This document shows positions 9,285 through 16,726 of a stretch of 52,659 bases of DNA, in pieces. The position numbers were made by a program, and so were the translations under genes. The stretch's first letter is position 1. Each line of letters begins with the position of its first letter. The notes under the pieces were generated by a model. It was not told the origin of the DNA and searched no databases. It saw only the letters and a program-made list of their open reading frames with translations. Where the stretch lies: contig MHCL01000026.1 of NCBI GenBank assembly GCA_001816915.1, positions 45,501-98,159 on the forward strand, written 5' to 3'. The stretch is from Candidatus Chisholmbacteria bacterium RIFCSPLOWO2_01_FULL_49_14. GTDB taxonomy: Bacteria > Patescibacteriota > Microgenomatia > UBA1400 > Chisholmbacteraceae.

Positions 9285-9980
9285 ATGGGAAAAATCATAT
9301 TGGAAGCTTCAAAGAGAGATGTATTTGGTAGGAAGGTGAAAGTCCTTCGCAGCCAAGGAATGCTGCCGGCCAACGTCTATGGGAAAAAGGTAAAATCGCT
9401 GGCGATAGCTGTTTTGGCGAATGACTTTCTCAAAGCCTTTAAAGAGGCTGGAGCAACGAACCTCATCGAACTCAAGGTGAAATCCGAAGACAAATCCCGT
9501 CAGGTACTGGCGACAAATCTGCAGAAAGATCCGGTAACCGATCAGCCGATTCATATTGATTTCCACCAAGTTGATCTGACTGTGAAAGTGGTGGTCGCGG
9601 TTCCGATTGAAGTTCATGGCGAGGCCCCGGCCGTCAAAGAAAAGGGAGCTGTTTTGATTAGACTTTTGGATGAAGTTGAGGTTGAAGCGCTTCCTCAAGA
9701 TCTTCCTGATCGCATCGACGTTGATGTTTCGGGGCTCACGGAATTCGACGATAGCATTCAGATTAAAGACTTGAAGGTCAGTGAGAAAGTAACGCTTAAG
9801 GCTCCAGCAGAAGAGGCGGTCGTTATGGTGCAGGAACCGAAGAAGGAAGAAGAAGTCGCCCCGCCCGCCGAAACCCCGGCGGAAGCAGGGCAGGAGAAAC
9901 TACCGGAAGCGGAAGCAGGACAGCCACAGCCTCAAGAAGGAGAAGCAAGCGAGAAGACCAAAGACGAAAAAGAGAAATGA
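9285..9980 (+). CDS. rplY: 50S ribosomal protein L25 / general stress protein Ctc, with acidic Pro/Glu-rich tail
   Basis: RSQGMLPANVYGKKVKSLAIAV ... PIHIDFHQVDL ... VEVEALPQDLPDRIDVDVSGL; two-domain Ctc form. Confidence 0.85.
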   Translation: MGKIILEASKRDVFGRKVKVLRSQGMLPANVYGKKVKSLAIAVLANDFLKAFKEAGATNLIELKVKSEDKSRQVLATNLQKDPVTDQPIHIDFHQVDLTVKVVVAVPIEVHGEAPAVKEKGAVLIRLLDEVEVEALPQDLPDRIDVDVSGLTEFDDSIQIKDLKVSEKVTLKAPAEEAVVMVQEPKKEEEVAPPAETPAEAGQEKLPEAEAGQPQPQEGEASEKTKDEKEK

Positions 9981-9993
9981 CGCTGAGTTTCTC

Positions 9994-10536
9994 CTAAGGA
10001 GTGTTTTCCCCCAGAAGGAATCCCACGGCCGCAACCTCTTCGTTATTCGGATCAAGCTCCCGAGCGGATTGCCAATGGGCAAGCGCAATGTCTTGTTGCG
10101 CAAGTTGAAAGTAGTTCAGTGCCAAATGCAAATGGCCGTCACGATACCCAGGCTGAGTTTGCACAATTTCCTCCCACCGCCTGGTATCCTCCATAAGAAA
10201 TCGTCTGCGAAAGACAAAAGGCTTGATTTCATCAAAATCAGAGGATAAACCTGCAATCCGGTCGCTGTCCGCGGCGGAGACGAGCTGCAAAGCAAAAGCA
10301 AATTCATGAGCCGCAAGAAACCAGTCGGACGATAGCGCAGACGTTCGGGATAAATTCAAATGCGCTAGGGGAGAGCGAGGACGTTTGAGGACAGACAGCC
10401 GGTTGGCAAAAAAAGGGGAAGAAGCAGGAACAACCTGAGTACCGATCACGGTAAGTAACAAGATTGCAGAGACGAAATGCTGTTGAGGAATGCTCCGCCA
10501 GAAACGCCGATATATTTTAAGAGGCTTTATTTCCAT
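9994..10536 (-). CDS. Hypothetical membrane-anchored protein with TPR-like C-terminus
   Basis: N-terminal hydrophobic segment (FVSAILLLTVIGTQVV). The C-terminal HLHLALNYFQLAQQDIALAHWQSARELDPNNEE resembles a TPR unit. Confidence 0.4.
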   Translation of the reverse strand: MEIKPLKIYRRFWRSIPQQHFVSAILLLTVIGTQVVPASSPFFANRLSVLKRPRSPLAHLNLSRTSALSSDWFLAAHEFAFALQLVSAADSDRIAGLSSDFDEIKPFVFRRRFLMEDTRRWEEIVQTQPGYRDGHLHLALNYFQLAQQDIALAHWQSARELDPNNEEVAAVGFLLGENTP

Positions 10537-10722
10537 ACGTTCCTATGATACCGTGAATACACGGCAATGTGAAAGATTGCTTTACAAAATGCGTCCTATT
10601 ATATCTCTGGGAGGGAAAAACAAAGTCATCCGCGTTCGACGCGGTGATGTCGTTATCCGAACCTGATGCAAGATAAGTGAATTCGGCGGAAACGGATCTC
10701 CTTCGATGAATCAAAGTGATCT

Positions 10723-11226
10723 ATGAGTGAAGTTCAAAAAATTGATAACGAAAGAATTGAACAAATCCTTAAAGGCAGGTTCATATTTGGTTTTTCAGGA
10801 AGCGATCTGTTTATCCTGCTTGCCGCATTTTTGACGCTCATTTTTCTCCAGCTTCAACCCTACGTCATACCGTATTTGGAAGGGAAGCCGATGGGTACGC
10901 AAGCGCTGATTGAGACCGGAGAAAATCCGGCCGCGCAGGCGTCAATGTCAGCCGAGCCGAAACTGGCAACCCCATCTGCGGATGAAAGTGGACAGAAACC
11001 TGCCACCCAAAGCGGGAAGCAAGAGGAGGGAAATCAGGGAAATAGGGTGTATTGTAAGCTGCAAAGACCCCAAATCTGCACCCAGGAATGCATCGCCAGC
11101 CCGCCGTATATCTGCGGCTCCGACGGGAAAAACCACTGTTCAGCCTGTCAAGCCTGCGCCGATCCTCAAGTGGAGTGGTACATGATTGAGGATCAACCAT
11201 GCCCCGATATCACCCCTGGGTTGTAA
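10723..11226 (+). CDS. Membrane-anchored protein with C-terminal Kazal-like cysteine-rich domain
   Basis: TM segment is LFILLAAFLTLIFLQL, followed by a low-complexity linker. Then comes C-x7-C-x11-CGSDGKNHCSAC-x2-C-x17-C, containing the Kazal core CGSDG. Confidence 0.5.
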   Translation: MSEVQKIDNERIEQILKGRFIFGFSGSDLFILLAAFLTLIFLQLQPYVIPYLEGKPMGTQALIETGENPAAQASMSAEPKLATPSADESGQKPATQSGKQEEGNQGNRVYCKLQRPQICTQECIASPPYICGSDGKNHCSACQACADPQVEWYMIEDQPCPDITPGL

Positions 11227-11285
11227 AGACGCATCACATCAGAAAGCCTGGTTCGCTACCTCATGATCAAACTGATGTCCACGAA

Positions 11286-13625
11286 TTATGCAGATCTGTC
11301 AGGCCATGGGGAAGAAATCAGGAGATCTGGATGTAATTCCTTTCTCTTCTTTTTCGGGTTCGCCTCCTGAAGCTGCTGGTAGGCAGCCTCGGTGATAAAC
11401 GGAACAAAGGGATGCATGAGTTTCAGAAAAACAATAAGACCCTGAAGCAAAGCATTATTGCTGATCTCCTGCTTTTTGTTCCGTTCGATGCATTCATCAC
11501 AGAACCAATGCCAAAACTCGTTATAGACGGTTTCAGCAGCCAATCCGATCCGAAAATGATCAAGCTGATTTGTGACGGTATCAACCACCTTCGATAACTG
11601 TTGAAAGAATCGATCATCCGCTTTTGATATCTGAGAATGTGAAGTTCCATTGGGTTTCGTGCTTCGTGCTTCGTGCTTCGTGCTTTCCCGTTTCATGAGA
11701 ATGAAACGGGCAGCATTCCATATTTTATTCGTCAGATTCCTCATTGCGCGAACGTCACCCTCACCGACACTTTTATCTTGCCCGGCTGTCGAACGGATGA
11801 CCAGTGCCATCCGCAAAGCATCCGCTCCGTAAATTGAAGTGACGTCAAGGGGATTGATGATGTTTCCCAAACTCTTGCTCATCTTCCGTCCTTGCTCATC
11901 GCGAATGAGTCCATGCAGATAGACGGTGCGGAAGGGAACAGAGCCGGTCCGATAGAGCCCCATCATGAGCATCCGCATGACCCAAAAGATCAAGATGTCG
12001 TAAGCGGTTTCCATGACGTCTGTTGGGTAAAATCGCTGAAAGTCATCCTGTTTCTCCCGTGTGCTTTCGGTTTTTCCTGCTGTCTTCCCGCGTGACGCTT
12101 GAAGCGTCACCGCCGGCCATTGAGCTGAAGAAAACCAAGTATCGAAAGTATCGGTTTCCTGAAGGTAGTGATCTCCGGGAGGTGTAGGGGAGACAATGTA
12201 ATCAGCGTCAACGGGAGCTCGCAACGACTGTAGCCCGCCCTTGATTTCCGTAAGCGTGTAATCATTCAAGAGTGTTCCGACCTCGCCAGTCACGAGATTT
12301 TTCTTTCGGTTCAAAAAAGAAACGAAGATGTTATTATTTTGACTTTTGACTTTTGACTTTTGACTTTGAATCTTGTACCACACCGGCATTCGGATACCCC
12401 AAACGATCTGGCGGCTGACATTCCAATCTTTGAGATTCTCAAGCCAATGTTTGAGCGTCTTCCCGTACCCGGCGCCGAAGACGGTAACCTGTTTTTGTTG
12501 AAGAGACTGCAGAGTTTTCTGAACTAATGGTTCAACCTTGATAAAAAATTGCGGCAGAGGCAACGGCTCAATCGGAGTCCTGCACCGGTAGCACACACCG
12601 AGGATATGTCGGTACTGTTCGTCCACCTTAGTCAGGAGTCCTTGAGCTTGAAGATCACGGACCACAATCTCTCTTCCTTTCTTGACCGGCAAACCTGCAT
12701 ACTTCCCGGCAGGCGTACTGAGTTTTCCGTCAAAGCCGATGACTTGCTTTGGCCCCGGTATCTCATCGCGGTGCCGCAGCCAGACTTCAAAGTCATTGGG
12801 GTCGTGTGCCGGAGTGATTTTGACCACACCGGTTCCGAATTCCGGATCCACATAGTCGTCGGCGATCACGCGCATCCTAAATTGACCCAGCAACCCTTTG
12901 ACTTCGACTTCTTTTCCGATCCACTGCTTGTAGCGCGGGTCTTTTGGATTGACAGCCACCGCCGTATCTCCGAACTTGGTCTCCGGCCGCACAGTCGCCA
13001 GGGTAAACGGACCATACTTCATATAGTAGAGCGGGGTGATTTGTTCAACATGCTTCACCTCAAGATCGGAAAATGCCGTACCGCAATGGGTGCAAAAGTT
13101 GACGAGCCTTAGATCCCGATACACCAAACCATCGCGATGCAGTTGAAAGAACGTATCAAGAACCATCCGGACCACATTCTCATCAAGCGTGAAGGTGAAC
13201 CTGGACCAGTCTGCGCTTGCGCCCAGTTTCTTCATTTGCTCAGTCGCCACACCCTTGTTTTCTTGGACGTAATCCCAAATCATCCGGAAGAGGCTTTCCC
13301 TGTCATAGTCCATCCGGCTTTTTCCCTGTTTCTTGAGTTTCTTTTCAAACACAAATTGAGTTTCGATTCCGGCATGATCGGCTCCGGGAAGCCAGAGGCA
13401 AGCCCGGCCGCGCATGCGCTGGTAGCGAATGAGAATGTCCTCAACGGTCACAAACATCGCGTGTCCGATATGCAGGGGATCATTGGCATTTGGGGGAGGC
13501 ATGATGATGCAGTACGGCTTGGCGCCTTTTTTTTGAGAAGGAGCAAACGCGCCGCTTTGTTCCCAAAGCGCGTAAATGCGTTCCTCGTGATCGCTATGCG
13601 TGTAGCGTTTTTCCATATGTCTCAT
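11286..13625 (-). CDS. valS: Valine--tRNA ligase
   Basis: 779 aa. HIGH-type motif PPPNANDPLHIGHA, KMSKS motif KMSKSLGN, DTFDTWFSS, and editing-domain TGVVKITPAHDPNDFE. Confidence 0.95.
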   Translation of the reverse strand: MRHMEKRYTHSDHEERIYALWEQSGAFAPSQKKGAKPYCIIMPPPNANDPLHIGHAMFVTVEDILIRYQRMRGRACLWLPGADHAGIETQFVFEKKLKKQGKSRMDYDRESLFRMIWDYVQENKGVATEQMKKLGASADWSRFTFTLDENVVRMVLDTFFQLHRDGLVYRDLRLVNFCTHCGTAFSDLEVKHVEQITPLYYMKYGPFTLATVRPETKFGDTAVAVNPKDPRYKQWIGKEVEVKGLLGQFRMRVIADDYVDPEFGTGVVKITPAHDPNDFEVWLRHRDEIPGPKQVIGFDGKLSTPAGKYAGLPVKKGREIVVRDLQAQGLLTKVDEQYRHILGVCYRCRTPIEPLPLPQFFIKVEPLVQKTLQSLQQKQVTVFGAGYGKTLKHWLENLKDWNVSRQIVWGIRMPVWYKIQSQKSKVKSQNNNIFVSFLNRKKNLVTGEVGTLLNDYTLTEIKGGLQSLRAPVDADYIVSPTPPGDHYLQETDTFDTWFSSAQWPAVTLQASRGKTAGKTESTREKQDDFQRFYPTDVMETAYDILIFWVMRMLMMGLYRTGSVPFRTVYLHGLIRDEQGRKMSKSLGNIINPLDVTSIYGADALRMALVIRSTAGQDKSVGEGDVRAMRNLTNKIWNAARFILMKRESTKHEARSTKPNGTSHSQISKADDRFFQQLSKVVDTVTNQLDHFRIGLAAETVYNEFWHWFCDECIERNKKQEISNNALLQGLIVFLKLMHPFVPFITEAAYQQLQEANPKKKRKELHPDLLISSPWPDRSA
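11657..11684. repeat. Perfect tandem heptamer (TCGTGCT x4 on +; AGCACGA x4 on the coding strand) inside valS
   Basis: Read directly from the sequence. Translated in frame as STKHEARSTK within the C-terminal region of ValRS. Confidence 0.9.
12337..12375. repeat. Tandem heptamer (TTTTGAC x4 then TTTGAATCTTG on +; GTCAAAA on the coding strand) inside valS
   Basis: Read directly from the sequence. Translated as KIQSQKSKVKSQNNN just after the conserved PVWY segment. Confidence 0.9.
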
Positions 13626-13677
13626 ATTATAGCGATAAAATCAGAAAATATTAGGCAAAGCGGAGGGGGACGTGCGG

Positions 13678-14808
13678 TTATTCCGCTATCGTCAGTCCGG
13701 GATCAATAGCCACTCTTGTCCATGGAGTAGGGGAGAATCGGTAGAAAGCCGAAGCCGCAACGGATGCGGCGTTATCTGTACACAGCTCAACGGGTGGAAT
13801 AAAGAGGGCAATTTCGAATTTCAAATTTCGCCTGCCCGCTTGCCCGACCTTTGGCGTGGCCCCTTTGGAGGGAATTTCAAATTTTAACCGTTGGCGTAGC
13901 CTGCGGTTAGCAGCCACACCTCCGGCAACCAAGACCGATTTCGGTCGATACTCATTGATCGCCCGAGCAAGCTTTGTAATAAGAACCTCACAGATTGCTT
14001 CCTGCGCCTCTTGAGCAATAGCCCGAACCAATTGACCGGAAGGCTTTCGACCGCTCAATTGTCGCATGACAGCCGATTTTAACCCACTGAATGAGTAATC
14101 ATATTCCTCACTATCCATCATCGGCCTCGGTAAAGAAATTTTGAATTTTGAATTTTGAATTTTGAATTTCTCCGCCTCAGCGGCAATGGCCGGTCCGCCG
14201 GGATAAGCCAAACCCAGCATCCGCGCGATTTTATCAAACGCTTCACCCGCGGCGTCATCTCGGGTGCTTCCCAGCCGTTCGATATCCTCGTGAGAATGCA
14301 TCAGCACCAGATCGGTGTGCCCTCCCGAAACAACCAGCCCGAGCGCCGGAAACTCAGGTATCTTTGTATTTGTATTTTGAGATTTAAGATTTCGAAATTG
14401 TTTCGAATTTCGTGCTTCGGATTTCGATTTTACGCCGACCCAATTGGCGTACAGGTGTGCAACCAGGTGATTGACGGCAAGCAGGGGTTTTCCCCAAGCC
14501 AAGGCAAGTACCCTGGCGGTTTCAACCCCGACCAGCAGACTTCCGGACAAACCCGGGCCGGCGGTCACGGCGATGGCGTCGATATCTTGGAGTCGTATTT
14601 TGTGCAGCGCTTCGGACAGAACAGGAAGGAGCAGCTCAATTTGCTTGCGAGCCGCTACCTCGGGGACAATGCCGCCGGTATTTTGGTGGAATTCCTGGGA
14701 ACTGGCAACGGCTTGAGAAAGAACGATAACCTTCCGATCAATTGCCGTTCCTTCTACCACAGCCGCAGCTGTTTCATCACACGACGTTTCAATTCCTAGT
14801 ATTTTCAT
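13678..14808 (-). CDS. tsaD: tRNA N6-adenosine threonylcarbamoyltransferase TsaD (Kae1/Qri7 family), carrying three repeat-derived insertions
   Basis: Matches are MKILGIETSCDETAAAVV, GPGLSGSLLVGV, LGLVVSGGHTDL, DDAAGEAFDKIARMLGL, VAGGVAANRRLR and CTDNAA. Confidence 0.9.
   Translation of the reverse strand: MKILGIETSCDETAAAVVEGTAIDRKVIVLSQAVASSQEFHQNTGGIVPEVAARKQIELLLPVLSEALHKIRLQDIDAIAVTAGPGLSGSLLVGVETARVLALAWGKPLLAVNHLVAHLYANWVGVKSKSEARNSKQFRNLKSQNTNTKIPEFPALGLVVSGGHTDLVLMHSHEDIERLGSTRDDAAGEAFDKIARMLGLAYPGGPAIAAEAEKFKIQNSKFKISLPRPMMDSEEYDYSFSGLKSAVMRQLSGRKPSGQLVRAIAQEAQEAICEVLITKLARAINEYRPKSVLVAGGVAANRRLRQRLKFEIPSKGATPKVGQAGRRNLKFEIALFIPPVELCTDNAASVAASAFYRFSPTPWTRVAIDPGLTIAE
13809..13887. 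repeat. Composite repeat inside tsaD: 13-bp direct repeats GAATTTCAAATTT (13816-13828, 13872-13884) flanking a 43-nt GC-rich core
   Basis: The direct repeats are perfect and 56 nt (8 x 7) apart. The core holds CCTTTGG twice, 14 nt apart. Translated as LKFEIPSKGATPKVGQAGRRNLKFEI. Confidence 0.85.
14135..14170. repeat. Tandem heptamer GAATTTT (3 perfect + 2 variant units) inside tsaD
   Basis: Reads gaaatttt gaatttt gaatttt gaatttt gaatttc. The coding strand AAAATTC is translated as KFKIQNSKFKIS. Confidence 0.9.
14362..14432. repeat. Degenerate heptad-phased AT-rich block (about 10 units) inside tsaD
   Basis: Reads tttgtat|ttgtatt|ttgagat|ttaagat|ttcgaaa|ttgtttc|gaatttc|gtgcttc|ggatttc|gatttta. 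Translated as KSKSEARNSKQFRNLKSQNTNTK ahead of the conserved LGLVVSGGHT. Confidence 0.75.
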
Positions 14809-14867
14809 AGGTAGTCAAGCAGTATCACTTGCCCCGTGGATTTTCCGAATGTACATATCTACGGTCC

Positions 14868-16700
14868 CTAGATACTGCCGGTACCGCGCAGAAACACCGA
14901 TTGCCAAGGTCGAAAGTTAGAATAAAAGGTTTTTTCATAAATGGTTGCTCCGTCTCGGCTGACGCTGTAGTCGAATTTAACCTTGGCGCCCCAAGCCTTC
15001 CAATCGACCTGCTTGACGGAACCGGCAGGCAGAGTCGGATCATCTTGATAGAGATCGGGAGGCGGGGGAGACACATCCCACACCCTATGGTTGGCAATAG
15101 ACGAAACGCGCCCGTCGGAAGTCCCATAGATCTCAAACACAAGGGTATTTGCGGCGGTATCGGTTTCTGTTTGGATGAGCAGGTGCCCGGGAGTATCATT
15201 GAGTATTTTTAAATCCACCCGCGGTGCAAAGACGGTCGCATCAAACCCCGGCTTGCTGTTTTGTTCATAGTACGACACCCGGTAGCTGTGTGCCGTTCGT
15301 TCTGAGATGGGAAGCCCGGCCTCAAGAGCGGCTCGAAACAGCGTCGTTGAAACCTGGCAGACACCGCCTCCGTCATCAAGGATGGTTCGCCCTTCTTTGA
15401 TGATGTATGCCTGGCGATAACCGGTAGCCGCGGAAATATCGCCCACAGTTGCATTAAAAGAAAAGACTTCCCCCGGTGCAATCAGTACGCCGTTAACCCG
15501 GGAAGCGGCGAGAGCGATGTTATGTTCACGGTTGGCAATTGACCCATGAAAAGTGGTTACCCCGCGACCGAGAAGCTCCCGAATCCCGAGGTTGTTGACT
15601 TCCGAAGTGCTGATTTGGGCTAGGGTGACCGAGACCGGAAGCGAGAGAGTCATCTCCGGCTCTTCGCTCATCTCCAGTTCGGAAAATGTCCGGGTGAGCG
15701 CGTCCGTAGTCCCGGAAGTGTTGATCGTCAGCCCGTTCTGCTCCGGGGAAAACTCGACGACCCGCCCATCCCGAAAGGCGAATGTTGCGTTGACGGGTTG
15801 CCGATCGATGCTCTCTGCAAGCGTTGCGGAATAGGAGGCTATTTTTTCTGTATCAAACCCTCCGTCAAAAGACAGAAAATGAACAATCTCTTCACCCGTT
15901 AATTCCCAACGCAGCGCTTCGTGGGAATTCTCGGCATAGGAAAGCACGACCGTGCGATCAAGCAGTCGCTCCGCCCGCATCGTGGTCAGCGCCGGATCGA
16001 TGGCGGCATCCGAGGAATTCAGAGAAATGGCGCGCAAAACGACGGGTTCTTGAGATAAAGTAAAAAAACGTTCATGCAGGGTGCGCCGGAGGGAAGAGAC
16101 ATCGAGTTGTAGTCCTGCTTCACCCGCTTCCACCTTGATACGGGAATGCGTCTGCGGGTCGGGAGCTGCAAGAACCTCAAGTGAAGGCGGGATGCTGGGA
16201 ACATTGACGGCCGAAGCAACGGCCGAGATGCTGGATTCAAGCACCTGTTCATCAAGGGGGTAGCGCAGGGGCAAATCCTTCCCCTCCTCAAGGATCCCAA
16301 GTAGGGGTGGTAAACCGAAGAAAGCTTCATTTCGTCCGGAGAGGTAGGCGGCGCGAACGCTCAGCGAAAGTTCATAGGAAAGCGAAAGTTGGGAGGGTTC
16401 AATCGTCCACCTTTGCTCATCGTATGAGAGGGAGAGGGGAGACTCCAGAAACTCAGCGCTGCGGTTCGAGAGAATTTCATTCGCGCGCTCCGGAGAAAGC
16501 CCCCCGATCGCGATCCCGGAAATGCTGATTCCGGGAAATATTTTCCCGCGCCATAGTAAACGATAGGAAAAGAAAATAAACGAAAGAACAATAAGCATGA
16601 CGGCACTGGCGGCTCCAAAACGGCGCAGCCAAAGATGGGTGCGGAAGACTGCAACAACTCGACGCATAGGCCTTACTATATCATGGGTTGCAGCGTACAC
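14868..16700 (-). CDS. VanW-family protein (N-terminal TM anchor, C-terminal VanW domain)
   Basis: GGGVCQVSTTLFRAALEAGLPISERTAHSYRVSYY is the VanW core; TM is AASAVMLIVLSFIFFSY. Confidence 0.8.
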   Translation of the reverse strand: MYAATHDIVRPMRRVVAVFRTHLWLRRFGAASAVMLIVLSFIFFSYRLLWRGKIFPGISISGIAIGGLSPERANEILSNRSAEFLESPLSLSYDEQRWTIEPSQLSLSYELSLSVRAAYLSGRNEAFFGLPPLLGILEEGKDLPLRYPLDEQVLESSISAVASAVNVPSIPPSLEVLAAPDPQTHSRIKVEAGEAGLQLDVSSLRRTLHERFFTLSQEPVVLRAISLNSSDAAIDPALTTMRAERLLDRTVVLSYAENSHEALRWELTGEEIVHFLSFDGGFDTEKIASYSATLAESIDRQPVNATFAFRDGRVVEFSPEQNGLTINTSGTTDALTRTFSELEMSEEPEMTLSLPVSVTLAQISTSEVNNLGIRELLGRGVTTFHGSIANREHNIALAASRVNGVLIAPGEVFSFNATVGDISAATGYRQAYIIKEGRTILDDGGGVCQVSTTLFRAALEAGLPISERTAHSYRVSYYEQNSKPGFDATVFAPRVDLKILNDTPGHLLIQTETDTAANTLVFEIYGTSDGRVSSIANHRVWDVSPPPPDLYQDDPTLPAGSVKQVDWKAWGAKVKFDYSVSRDGATIYEKTFYSNFRPWQSVFLRGTGSI

Positions 16701-16726
16701 TCGCAGAGTGTTATGATAATTGAGTT

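Noticed and set aside
13137-13709. A 190-aa ORF antisense to the 5' part of valS, and the 187-aa ORF at 12549-13112
   Set aside because: These are shadow ORFs opposite an unambiguous valS with no recognisable domains.
11657-14432. Short tandem repeats that might be taken for a CRISPR array or minisatellite locus
   Set aside because: The unit length is 7 nt with no unique spacers. The tracts lie inside the continuous valS and tsaD reading frames, and no cas genes or 25-40-nt repeats occur anywhere in the window.
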